Source: Alphaproteobacteria bacterium (GTDB taxonomy: Bacteria > Pseudomonadota > Alphaproteobacteria > UBA828). From it: a stretch of 64,000 bases of DNA. Numbering within the stretch: the stretch's first letter is position 1; each line of letters opens with the position of its first letter. Made by a program: the position numbers and the translations under genes. Positions 20,886-29,679 of this stretch are shown one piece after another. The stretch lies in the NCBI GenBank assembly GCA_965214705.1, contig CBDCCI010000002.1, forward strand, positions 1,312,001 through 1,376,000, in the 5' to 3' direction. The notes beneath the pieces are model-generated. The model was given only the letters and a program-made list of their open reading frames with translations, was not told the origin of the DNA and searched no databases.

Positions 20886-21605
20886 TTAAGGGAACTCGCT
20901 GGCAAAGGCGAACAAATCCCTCCCCACCTCCTCCACACACCGCTCGTCGTCGTTCGCGGGTTTGTTGACCAGCGTGCTCACGGGGTGAAAGATCATCGCC
21001 TCCGCAGGGTAGGGGGCGAGGGGAACCGCTTCGCCCGCGAGCCAGAGGTCGTAAGCACCGGGCGGCAGGATCACGGGCATGCGGGGGTGGATTGGGGCCA
21101 GGGCGGCGTTGGCCTCGGTGGTGAGGATGGTGCAGGTCTCCAGCACGTCGCCGGGCGCGAGCTCGGATAGCGAGCCGGTGAGCGCGAGGCCCGCCGGCAC
21201 GATCCAGCTCTCCCACAGACCCGCGAAGACGAAGCCGCCGCCGTCCTTCATCCCGATCAAGTAGGGCTGCTTGGCCTTGCCCTCGCGCTTCCACTCGTAG
21301 AAGCCGTCGGCCGGGATCAGGCAACGGCGCGCTTTGAAGGCAGCGCGGAACGAGGGTTTCTGGTGCGCGGTCTCGGAGCGCGCGTTGATCAGCTTGTAGC
21401 CGATGCTGGGCTCCTTGGCCCACGCGGGAATAAGCCCCCAGCGCAGCATGGAGGGGCGGCGGCCGCCATCGGCCAGGCGCACCGCCGCGATGGACTGCCC
21501 CGGTGCCACGTTGTAGCGCGGCCGCAGGTTCTGGGGTGTACCGACGAGGTCGAGGAACTCTTGAAGCTCGCGCCAGGGGAGGCGCTGGGTGAAGCGTCCG
21601 CACAT
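20886..21605 (-). CDS. SOS response-associated peptidase (SRAP/YedK/HMCES family)
   Basis: N-terminal MCGRF, PRYNVAP, INARSET, RCLIPADGFYEW and IHPRMPVIL motifs. Confidence 0.95.
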   Translation of the reverse strand: MCGRFTQRLPWRELQEFLDLVGTPQNLRPRYNVAPGQSIAAVRLADGGRRPSMLRWGLIPAWAKEPSIGYKLINARSETAHQKPSFRAAFKARRCLIPADGFYEWKREGKAKQPYLIGMKDGGGFVFAGLWESWIVPAGLALTGSLSELAPGDVLETCTILTTEANAALAPIHPRMPVILPPGAYDLWLAGEAVPLAPYPAEAMIFHPVSTLVNKPANDDERCVEEVGRDLFAFASEFP

Positions 21606-21637
21606 GGTGGTCGTCTAGCGGCCGGCCGGCGCGCGGC

Positions 21638-22393
21638 CTACCAGGCGGTCCAGCCGAGGTCGATCATGAGGTGGGCGCCGTGCACCGCATCGGCCTCCGA
21701 CGAGACGAGGTAGGCCACGGCGCCCGAGACATCGTCGGCCTCCATCCAGTATCGGCCCATCGGCGCGATGGCCTCCATCCGCTCCTCCCTGCCGGGCTGG
21801 GCGCGGATCGCGGCGTTCATGTCGGTTCTCGTGGCACCGGGTCCCACCGCGTTGACGTTGATCCCGTGCGGCCCGAGCTCCAGGCCGAGCGCCTTGGTCA
21901 GCAGCATCTGGCCGCCCTTCGACGCGCAATAAGCCGCGCCGGCGCTCGAGCCGACGATGCCGAGCGTGGACGTGATGTTGACGATCTTGCCCGCGCCCTT
22001 CGCCTTCATCACCGGCGCCACCGCCTTGGCCATGAAGAAGCTGCCCTTGAGGTTGATGTCGATCTGGGCGTCCCAGAGCGCCTCGGTGGTCTCCTCCATG
22101 GGCAGCGGGTGGTAGACGCCGGCGTTGTTGATGAGAATGTCGATGGTGCCGAAGGCGTCGGCCACTTCCGCCGCCAGCCGCTCGCAGTCGGCGACCTTGG
22201 AAACGTCCGCTTGGAACGGCGCGGCGCGGCCGCCGGCGTCGGCGATCTCCTGCACCACGGCCTCCGCCTTGTCGCGCGCCGTGTGCGCGACCACCGCGAT
22301 TTGGGCGCCGTCCGCGCCCAAGCGCCGCGCGATACTGGCGCCGATCCCGCGCGAGCCCCCGGTGACGATCGCGACCTTGCCCTCAAGCCTCAT
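21638..22393 (-). CDS. Short-chain dehydrogenase/reductase
   Basis: TGGSRGIG, NNAG and YCASK (YxxxK) motifs. Confidence 0.93.
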   Translation of the reverse strand: MRLEGKVAIVTGGSRGIGASIARRLGADGAQIAVVAHTARDKAEAVVQEIADAGGRAAPFQADVSKVADCERLAAEVADAFGTIDILINNAGVYHPLPMEETTEALWDAQIDINLKGSFFMAKAVAPVMKAKGAGKIVNITSTLGIVGSSAGAAYCASKGGQMLLTKALGLELGPHGINVNAVGPGATRTDMNAAIRAQPGREERMEAIAPMGRYWMEADDVSGAVAYLVSSEADAVHGAHLMIDLGWTAW

Positions 22394-22478
22394 GCCCTGC
22401 CTCCGCTCGTTTGGGGCGGGCACGATAGCATGCGAAGCCGGCCCCGCTCCCCGTGCGGCGCGTCCCCCACGCGACTGA

Positions 22479-22943
22479 CTACTGCGCCTCCTCCATCTCC
22501 ATCCCGCCGTGATCCATGTGGCCGCCGTGGTCCTTCATCTCCCCGTGCTCGTGCCCGGATTCGCCGGAGGCCCGGCCGAAATCCAGCTTCTTGACCACGC
22601 GGTCCCGCGTCGGGCCGCTGACGTCGAGGGTGAGCGCCCACTCGCCCAGCATCTCCAGCTCCAGCGTGGCGGTGTAGTGACCGGGCATCGAGCCTGCCAC
22701 CGCCTTCACCGGCCGCACGTTGTGCGCCAGCGGCATCGACGGCATGTCGGCCTTGACCACGACCTCGGCGCCCGCCACGGGTTCGCCGCTCTTCTTGCCC
22801 TTGAGCATGATCATGCAGTCGTAGGTCAGCTTTTCCGCCGTCGCCGTGCAGTTCACGTCGGCAGCAACGCGCTCGCCCGCCAGGACGGAGCCGCCCGCGA
22901 TCAGCATCGCCGACAGAGTCAGACCTGCGATGAAGACACGCAT
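22479..22943 (-). CDS. Exported FixH/YtkA-like protein with His/Met-rich tail
   Basis: Signal peptide, ADMPSMPLAH, PGHY...LEMLGEW and tail GHEHGEMKDHGGHMDHGGMEM. Confidence 0.7.
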   Translation of the reverse strand: MRVFIAGLTLSAMLIAGGSVLAGERVAADVNCTATAEKLTYDCMIMLKGKKSGEPVAGAEVVVKADMPSMPLAHNVRPVKAVAGSMPGHYTATLELEMLGEWALTLDVSGPTRDRVVKKLDFGRASGESGHEHGEMKDHGGHMDHGGMEMEEAQ

Positions 22944-22946
22944 CGT

Positions 22947-23663
22947 TCATTCTCCCCTCGTTAGACCCAGATAGGCGCTGACCAGAAGCTCGTGTTCGGC
23001 GAGTTCGGCTGCCTTGCCGTCCAGTATGATACGCCCGCTTTCCAGCACGTAGCCCCGGTCCGCGATCGCGAGCGCCTGGCGCACGTTCTGCTCGACCAGC
23101 AGGATCGTGACGCCTGCGTCCCTGAGCCGGGGGATCAGGGCGAAGACGTCCAGCGCGGCGATCGGGGCGAGGCCGAGGGAGGGCTCGTCGAGTATCAGGA
23201 GCTTCGGCCGCGCCATCAGCCCGCGCGCCAGCGCCAGCATCTGGGCCTGGCCGCCGCTGAGCGCCGCGCCCGGCTCGTCGAGCCGCTCCCGCAACATGGG
23301 GAACGAATCCAGCACGCGCTCGATGTCCGCCTCGGTCTTGGCGCGGCCTCCCACGTTGTGGGCCCCCAGCCGCAGGTTCTGCGCGACGGTTAGCCCGCCG
23401 AAGATCAGACGACCCTCCGGCACCTGCACGATGCCGCGGCGCATGATCCGGTGCGGCGGCAGGCGGGTGATCGCCTGGCCGAGAAAACGAATCTGCCCGC
23501 CGGACGGCCGCTCGATGCCGCACACTGCATGCATGGTCGAGCTCTTGCCGGCGCCGTTGGCGCCGATCAGGGCGACGATCTCGCCCTCCGCGACCTCCAG
23601 CGACACGCCCTGGACGGCGCGCACCTTGCCGTAGCTCAGGTGCAGGTCGCGGATTTCAAGCAT
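22947..23663 (-). CDS. livF: Branched-chain amino acid-type ABC ATPase (LivF-like), copy 2
   Basis: GANGAGKS, VPEGRLIF, LSGGQAQM, DEPSLGLAP and VEQN motifs. Confidence 0.9.
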   Translation of the reverse strand: MLEIRDLHLSYGKVRAVQGVSLEVAEGEIVALIGANGAGKSSTMHAVCGIERPSGGQIRFLGQAITRLPPHRIMRRGIVQVPEGRLIFGGLTVAQNLRLGAHNVGGRAKTEADIERVLDSFPMLRERLDEPGAALSGGQAQMLALARGLMARPKLLILDEPSLGLAPIAALDVFALIPRLRDAGVTILLVEQNVRQALAIADRGYVLESGRIILDGKAAELAEHELLVSAYLGLTRGE

Positions 23664-24411
23664 CGGCTGCGCCCTGCCCGAGATAGGCTTCGAGCACCTC
23701 GGGATGCTCCAGGACCCGGTCCGGTTCGCCGTCCGCAATCTTGCGGCCGAAATTGAGAACGCAGAGGCGCTGGCACAGCGTCGAGATCAGGTCGAGCTTG
23801 TGCTCGATGACGATGCAGGTGCGGCCAGGCACCGCGAAATCCCGGATGAGGGCCGCCATCTCCGCAGTCTCGGCCGGGGTCATGCCGCCCGCCGGCTCGT
23901 CGAGCAGCAGTAGCGCCGGAGAGCGGACGAGCGCCCGGGCGAGCTCGAGCCGGCGCTGATCGGGGAGCGGCAGGCTGCCGGCCAGCACGTTCCGCCGGTC
24001 CGCGAGGCCCACCGCGTCGAGCAGGCGATCGACCTCCGCCTTCCGCGCCCGCTCGGCCGAGGACCGGTTCGACAGCAGCGCCAGCGGCCCGACATCGGGC
24101 AGGCTGTGCTGCGCCACCCAGATGTTCTCGCGCACGCTCATGCGCTGGAAGATGCGGAGATTCTGGAAGGTTCGGGCGATACCTTGGCGAACGATCCGGG
24201 CCGGCGTGCTCCTGGTGATCTCCTCGTCGCGCAGGAGGACGCGGCCGGTATCGGCCTGGTGAACGCCGGTGATCACGTTGAACAGCGTCGTCTTGCCCGA
24301 GCCGTTGGGGCCGATGAGGCCCACCACCTCGCCGTCCGCGACCGCGAGATCGAGCGCCTCCAGGGCGGCGACGCCCCCGAAGGACCGGCTCAGGCCCTCA
24401 ACTCTCAGCAC
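23656..24411 (-). CDS. livG: ABC ATPase (LivG-like), copy 2
   Basis: GPNGSGKTT, ARTFQN, LLDEPAGG, IEH and EAYLG motifs. Confidence 0.9.
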   Translation of the reverse strand: MLRVEGLSRSFGGVAALEALDLAVADGEVVGLIGPNGSGKTTLFNVITGVHQADTGRVLLRDEEITRSTPARIVRQGIARTFQNLRIFQRMSVRENIWVAQHSLPDVGPLALLSNRSSAERARKAEVDRLLDAVGLADRRNVLAGSLPLPDQRRLELARALVRSPALLLLDEPAGGMTPAETAEMAALIRDFAVPGRTCIVIEHKLDLISTLCQRLCVLNFGRKIADGEPDRVLEHPEVLEAYLGQGAADA

Positions 24412-25309
24412 GGATCAACCCTCGCCAGCGCCCACGCAGCCAGTGCATGGCGGCTTCGTCCAGCAGACCGCGCGGGCGCACGATGAGCAGCACGGCGACC
24501 AGGCCGCCGAAGACGATCATGCGGTAGCCGGAAATCGCGCGGATCGATTCCAGCAGGCCGATATCGATGGCGACGCCGATCAGCGGCCCGAACGCCGTGC
24601 CCAGCCCGCCGATCAGGCCGTATGCCAGCGCGTGCACGCCCAGCATCACATTGAATATCTTGGGCTCGACATAGGTCGCGAGGTGCGCGTAGAGGGCGCC
24701 GCCGATGCCTGCGACGATGCCGGCCATGACGACGGCAAGGATCTTGTACTTGGTGACGTTGAGCCCCTGCATTTCCGTCAGCATCGGGTCCTCGCCGATC
24801 ATCCGGAAGATGGCGCCGAGGCGCGAGCGCTCGAGGATCAGGAAACCGATGAGCACCACCGCCAGCAGCCCGTAGATGATCAGCATGTACTCGAAGGCCG
24901 AGACGTTGCTGTCGTAGACGGCGCGAATGTCGCGGAAGCCGTCGGAGCCATCGGGGCCGACCAGCTCGCCGTCGATCTCCACCTGGTAGGTGAAGATCTC
25001 GAAGATCAGCCGCACCATCTCGGCGAAGGCGAGGGTTGCCACCGAGAAGTAGAGCCCCCTGAGCCGCACCGTCGGGATCGCCACCACCAGCGCCGCCGCC
25101 CCGGCCACCAGCGCGCCCCACAGCAGGCCGAGCCAGATCGGCCAGCCCCACATCGCGGTCGCGATACCGGAGCCGTAGGCGCTGACGGCGAAGAAGGCCT
25201 GCTGACCGAACGAGATTTCGCCGACCACGAGCAACAGATAGGCCGAGAGCGCGATGAACGAGATCATGCCAATGTTGGAGAGGATCGTGATGAGATAGAT
25301 GTCGTCCAT
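24398..25309 (-). CDS. livM: ABC permease (LivM-like), copy 2
   Basis: ISFGQQAFF, RLRGLYFSVATLAF, GGLGT..GP and RPRGL motifs. Hydrophobic. Confidence 0.88.
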   Translation of the reverse strand: MDDIYLITILSNIGMISFIALSAYLLLVVGEISFGQQAFFAVSAYGSGIATAMWGWPIWLGLLWGALVAGAAALVVAIPTVRLRGLYFSVATLAFAEMVRLIFEIFTYQVEIDGELVGPDGSDGFRDIRAVYDSNVSAFEYMLIIYGLLAVVLIGFLILERSRLGAIFRMIGEDPMLTEMQGLNVTKYKILAVVMAGIVAGIGGALYAHLATYVEPKIFNVMLGVHALAYGLIGGLGTAFGPLIGVAIDIGLLESIRAISGYRMIVFGGLVAVLLIVRPRGLLDEAAMHWLRGRWRGLIRAES

Positions 25310-25312
25310 GGC

Positions 25313-26212
25313 TCAGACGCGCCGCGTCGCCGCCAGTTCGCGCTCGACGGCAAGCTGGCCCATGAGGCCGCCGGGCCGGAAAACCAGGAACAGGAAGAGC
25401 AGGAAGTAGGCGGAGAGGTCGCGGTACTCGGTGCCGAGATACCAGATGCTCTGGGCCTCGACGACGCCGAGCAGCAGCCCGCCGAGGATGGCGCCGGGGA
25501 TCGAGCCCATGCCGCCCAGCATCATGGCGATCAGACCCTTGAACGTCGCCCAGAGCCCGAAGAGCGGCGTGATCTGGCCGTCGGCGCTGACGATGAGATA
25601 GGCGGCGACGCCGCCGAAGGCGGACGCGATGGCGAAGGCCAGGAACATGACCGCGCCGACGTTGATGCCCATGAAGAGCGCCGCGCGCGGGTTCTCCGAG
25701 ACGGCGCGGAGCGCCAGGCCAAATCGCGTGTACTGCAGCAGCCAGTGGAGCAGCACGGTCATGACGGCCGCAACGGCGAACATCACGATGTTCTCCACCT
25801 TGAAGAAGAACGGGCCCAGGTCGATCGGATCGGCGGTGACCATGGGCGGGAAGAAGTAGGTCCGGTCGGGGAAGACCACGGTCACGATCTCTTCGAGCTG
25901 CATCCATATGACGAAGCTCGAGACCATCGATGCCACCGCCGCGCCCCTGCGAATGGCCCGGAAGCACAGGCGCTCGACATAGATTCCGACGATCACCGCG
26001 CCGACCACGGTGGCCGCGGCGATCGCCACGGCATTGGCCTTGAATTCGAGATAGACCAGCGTGCCGACGAACGCGCCGACCATGATCGACGGCCCGTAGG
26101 AGAGGTTGAGCCGGCGCATGACGCCGAAGATCAGGGTGAACCCTATGGCGAGCAGCGCATAGGACGAGCCCAGCATGATGCCGTCGAGGCAGTTCTGGAT
26201 GAAATCAACCAC
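25313..26212 (-). CDS. livH: ABC permease (LivH-like), copy 2
   Basis: YALLAIGFTLIFGV, TRFGLALRAV, LGGMGSIPGA and FRPGGL motifs. Confidence 0.88.
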   Translation of the reverse strand: MVDFIQNCLDGIMLGSSYALLAIGFTLIFGVMRRLNLSYGPSIMVGAFVGTLVYLEFKANAVAIAAATVVGAVIVGIYVERLCFRAIRRGAAVASMVSSFVIWMQLEEIVTVVFPDRTYFFPPMVTADPIDLGPFFFKVENIVMFAVAAVMTVLLHWLLQYTRFGLALRAVSENPRAALFMGINVGAVMFLAFAIASAFGGVAAYLIVSADGQITPLFGLWATFKGLIAMMLGGMGSIPGAILGGLLLGVVEAQSIWYLGTEYRDLSAYFLLFLFLVFRPGGLMGQLAVERELAATRRV

Positions 26213-26254
26213 CGACCTGTTCCCGCGTCGCTGTCGGAGGGTCGGCCATCGACC

Positions 26255-27031
26255 TCAACCGCTCGGGAGCGTCGTCCTGTCAGGCCGGTCCTGATCCGGC
26301 GCAGGCTGATTGCGCTGCGGGCCCTTTCCCAGGTAGGCGCGCTGGATCACCTCGTGCTCAGAGAGCTGGCCGGGCTTGCCGCTGAATGTCACCTGCCCCT
26401 GCTCCAGCAGGAAGAAGTGATCGGCCACCTGCAGCGCCATGTGCGCATTCTGCTCGACCAGGAAGATCGTGGTGCCGTCCGCGTTGAGATCGCTGATGAT
26501 TCGGAAGATCTCCTCGACGACGAGCGGCGCGAGGCCGAGCGACGGCTCGTCCATCATCAACAGCTTGGGCCGCGCCATCAGCGCGCGGGCGACGGCCAGC
26601 ATCTGCTGCTCGCCACCGGAGAGTGTGCCCGCCATCTGCTTCGAGCGCTCCTGCAACCTGGGAAAACGCTCGAACACGTGGTCGATGTCCTGCTGCACCT
26701 GCGACTTGCGCTTGCCGAGCCTGAGATAAGCGCCGGCGACGAGGTTCTCGTGCACGTTCATGTCGGGGAAGACGAGTCGGTTCTCCGGCACCAGCGCGAT
26801 TCCCCGCCGCACGACCCCGCTCGGCGTCATGCCGGTAATGTTCCGGTCGAGGAAGCTGATGGTGCCCCGTCTCGGCTTCAGAATGCCGGCGATAGTCATC
26901 ATCAGCGTGGTCTTGCCGGCGCCGTTCGGGCCCAGCAGGCAGGTGATGCCGCCCTCCTCGACCGAGAGATCGACACCGCGCAGGGCTTCGATGTTGCCGT
27001 AGGCGGCCGCGATGCCGTCGATCTCAAGCAT
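26255..27031 (-). CDS. livF: ABC ATPase (LivF-like), copy 1
   Basis: GPNGAGKTT, VPENRLVF, LSGGEQQM and DEPSLGLAP motifs. Confidence 0.9.
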   Translation of the reverse strand: MLEIDGIAAAYGNIEALRGVDLSVEEGGITCLLGPNGAGKTTLMMTIAGILKPRRGTISFLDRNITGMTPSGVVRRGIALVPENRLVFPDMNVHENLVAGAYLRLGKRKSQVQQDIDHVFERFPRLQERSKQMAGTLSGGEQQMLAVARALMARPKLLMMDEPSLGLAPLVVEEIFRIISDLNADGTTIFLVEQNAHMALQVADHFFLLEQGQVTFSGKPGQLSEHEVIQRAYLGKGPQRNQPAPDQDRPDRTTLPSG

Positions 27032-27791
27032 GCGCCGTCTCCACGCCGCCGCCGAGGTAGGCCTGCTGCACCGCCGGGTCCTCCTGGATCGCGGCCGGCA
27101 GGCCTTCGGCGATCTTGCGCCCGAAGTTGAGCACCGCGATGCGGTCGGTCACGCCCATGACCAACTCCATGACGTGCTCGACCAGCACGATCGTCATGCC
27201 CGCCTGCTGAAGCGCCCGTAATCGCCCGTCGAGCGCGTGCACCTCCTCCAGGTTCATGCCGGCGGCGGGCTCGTCGAGCAGCAGGAGCCGGGGCTTGGTG
27301 GCGAGCGCGCGGGCCAGTTCGAGCCGGCGCTGCTCACCGAAGGCCAGGTTGGCGGCGAGCTCGTTCCGCTTGCCGGCCAGTCCGGCGAATTCGAGCTGCT
27401 CGTCCACCGCATCGCGCGCCGCGCCCGAGCCGAAGAACCATCGCTTCGCGAAATTTTCGCTGCGGCGGTCTTCCACCGAATTCTGCGCCACCCACAGGTT
27501 CTGCCAGACCGTGAGGTGACCGAACAGGCGGATGTTCTGGAACGTGCGCGCGACGCCCGCCGCCAGCACCCGGTGCGGTGCGGAGCCGGTGATATCGCGC
27601 CCCTCGAAGGCGACCCGTCCGGCGGTGACCGACACGACGCCGCAGATCAGGTTGACCGTGGTGCTCTTGCCCGAGCCGTTGGGGCCGATCAGGCCGAAGA
27701 TTTCGCCTTCTTCCACCGCGAGGTCGAGCTCGTCGACGGCATGGACTCCGCCAAAGTGCTTGGTGAGAGATGTGAGCTCCAATATCGGCAT
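27024..27791 (-). CDS. livG: ABC ATPase (LivG-like), copy 1
   Basis: GPNGSGKST, ARTFQNIRLF, LLDEPAAGMN and VEH motifs. Confidence 0.9.
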   Translation of the reverse strand: MPILELTSLTKHFGGVHAVDELDLAVEEGEIFGLIGPNGSGKSTTVNLICGVVSVTAGRVAFEGRDITGSAPHRVLAAGVARTFQNIRLFGHLTVWQNLWVAQNSVEDRRSENFAKRWFFGSGAARDAVDEQLEFAGLAGKRNELAANLAFGEQRRLELARALATKPRLLLLDEPAAGMNLEEVHALDGRLRALQQAGMTIVLVEHVMELVMGVTDRIAVLNFGRKIAEGLPAAIQEDPAVQQAYLGGGVETAHA

Positions 27792-27795
27792 CGCG

Positions 27796-28698
27796 CTAGT
27801 TACGGGTGTCGCGGGTGAACAGCCCGCGGACGAGTTTCACGGAGCGCTCGTCGATCAGCCCGCGCGGCTGGATGTTCATGGCGAGCACGATCAGCGCCCC
27901 GAACAGCAGGTTTCGCCAATCGCCCATGAAGCGCAGGCCCTCGACGAGAAATCCCTGGATGAAGATCACCGCCACGAGGGTGCCGAAGACATTGCGGAGC
28001 CCGCCCAGGATCGGATAGGCGATGGCGAAGGTCGCCAGCATGACGCCGAAGTTGAGGTGCTCGATGTGCGTCGTGTAGTGGGCGTAGATCGCGCCGCCGA
28101 TGCCGGCGATGAAGCCGCCTGCGGCAAACGCGCCGACCTTCACAGCCGTCAGGTTGATGCCGACGCTCTGCGCCGCCAGCTCGTCCTCGCCCACCGCCCT
28201 GAGCACGGTGCCGGCGCGTGAGCGGTCGGTCCACCACAGCGCCAGCATGACGAGGGCGACGATCACCCAGATGAAGATCGCGACATCCAGGGTGCTCCAG
28301 CCGTTCTCGGGGAAGAAGCGGATCTGCTTGAATCCCTCGCCGCCCTGCGGCCCGACGACGATGCCCTTCTTCTCGATTTGGTAGTCGAAATTGAACCAGA
28401 AGAGTCGGATGAATTCCCCAAAGGCGATCGTCGCAACCACCAGCATCAGGCCTTTGATCCTGAGTGCCGGGAACCCGACGATGCCGGCCACGATGCCGGC
28501 GAGTGTGGCTGAGACCAGAAGCGCCGGAATGATGTGCCAGCCCGCTAGCACTGTGAGCATCGCCGAAACATAGGCGCCGATGGAGAAGAACCCCGCCTGT
28601 GCCAACGTGACCTGGCCGGTCTGCAGAACGACGTAGGCGGAGAGCCCGAGAAGCGTGTGGACGCCGATGATCTGGAGGAGCCCGAAGAAGAAGTCCAT
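27796..28698 (-). CDS. livM: ABC permease (LivM-like), copy 1
   Basis: TGQVTLAQAGFFSIGAY, LRIKGLMLVVATIAFGE and RAVGEDELAA motifs. Confidence 0.88.
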   Translation of the reverse strand: MDFFFGLLQIIGVHTLLGLSAYVVLQTGQVTLAQAGFFSIGAYVSAMLTVLAGWHIIPALLVSATLAGIVAGIVGFPALRIKGLMLVVATIAFGEFIRLFWFNFDYQIEKKGIVVGPQGGEGFKQIRFFPENGWSTLDVAIFIWVIVALVMLALWWTDRSRAGTVLRAVGEDELAAQSVGINLTAVKVGAFAAGGFIAGIGGAIYAHYTTHIEHLNFGVMLATFAIAYPILGGLRNVFGTLVAVIFIQGFLVEGLRFMGDWRNLLFGALIVLAMNIQPRGLIDERSVKLVRGLFTRDTRN

Positions 28699-28713
28699 CG
28701 CCTTCTCCCCCGC

Positions 28714-29595
28714 TCAGTCGCGCGCCACCGAGCGCGAGAAGATGCCGCCGGGCCGAAACACCAGGAACACGAACAGCAGCAGCATCACGTACATGTCCCG
28801 TTCGGTGACTCCCCGGAACGCCAGGAAGAAGTTCTCGAAGGCGCCGACCGCAAGGCCGGCAATGATCGCCCCCGGGATGCTACCGAGGCCGCCGATCACG
28901 CAAACGATGAGTCCCTTGACCGTGATCGGCACGACCAGCAGGGGCGAGAGCACACCGACCGAGGCGCCGATCATGGCGCCCGCGAGCCCGCCCAGAAGGC
29001 CGGTAATGACGAAGGTGAGCGCGTTCGTGCGGTCCAGGCTGATGCCGGCGAGCTGGGCTGCGACCGGCTGCTGCGCCACCGCGCGGGTCGCGATGCCGAG
29101 GCGCGTGCGGTAGAGCATGAACATGAGCACGACCATGGCGATCAGCGAGAGCACGAAGATGAAGATCAGATCGCCGCGCAGGCCGAAATCGCCCCACTCG
29201 ATATAGATGTCCGCAAACAGCGCCGGGTAAGGCTGGGGCATTCCGTCGGTCGCGTGGACCACGATCTCGTCGATCAGGATCAACATGCCGACGGTCGCCA
29301 TCAGCGTCGCCAGGGGGCTCGCGAGCGGAATGAAGCGGAAGTTGGCGAGGTAGATCAGGAACGCGATCCCGCCCGAGGCGATCGCAGCGATGAGGAAGGT
29401 GACCAGGGCCGGCAGCGGCACATAAGCGGCCACGGCGATGCTGACATAGGCGCCGGCGATGGAAGCTGCGCCATAGGCCAGATTGATCTTGTGCATCACC
29501 CCGAAAATGAGGGTGAAACCGATACCGATGAGCGCGTAGATGGAACCGAACAGCAGGCCGTCGGTGATCGACTGAAAGAAGTCGAGCCAGTCCAC
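28714..29595 (-). CDS. livH: ABC permease (LivH-like), copy 1
   Basis: GSIYALIGIGFTLIFGV, TRLGIATRAVAQ and IGGLGSIPGA motifs. Confidence 0.88.
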   Translation of the reverse strand: MDWLDFFQSITDGLLFGSIYALIGIGFTLIFGVMHKINLAYGAASIAGAYVSIAVAAYVPLPALVTFLIAAIASGGIAFLIYLANFRFIPLASPLATLMATVGMLILIDEIVVHATDGMPQPYPALFADIYIEWGDFGLRGDLIFIFVLSLIAMVVLMFMLYRTRLGIATRAVAQQPVAAQLAGISLDRTNALTFVITGLLGGLAGAMIGASVGVLSPLLVVPITVKGLIVCVIGGLGSIPGAIIAGLAVGAFENFFLAFRGVTERDMYVMLLLFVFLVFRPGGIFSRSVARD

Positions 29596-29626
29596 CCGAT
29601 CATCCCCCGCTCAAGAGGCGTCGGCG

Positions 29627-29668
29627 AAAACGGGACGGGTGTGCGCCTGAGTGTGTGGCGCACACCCG
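29627..29668 (-). terminator. Hairpin/terminator after the Liv-type binding-protein gene
   Basis: 12-bp stem CGGGTGTGCGCC / GGCGCACACCCG, then TTTT on the minus strand. Confidence 0.55.
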
Positions 29669-29679
29669 CCCGAAAACGC

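Noticed and set aside
24269-27130. 953-aa plus-strand ORF, and similar long ORFs at 28657-30876, 34765-36588 and 41214-44261
   Set aside because: These are antisense shadows of well-supported minus-strand genes, expected with high-GC codon bias. They contain no recognisable motifs.
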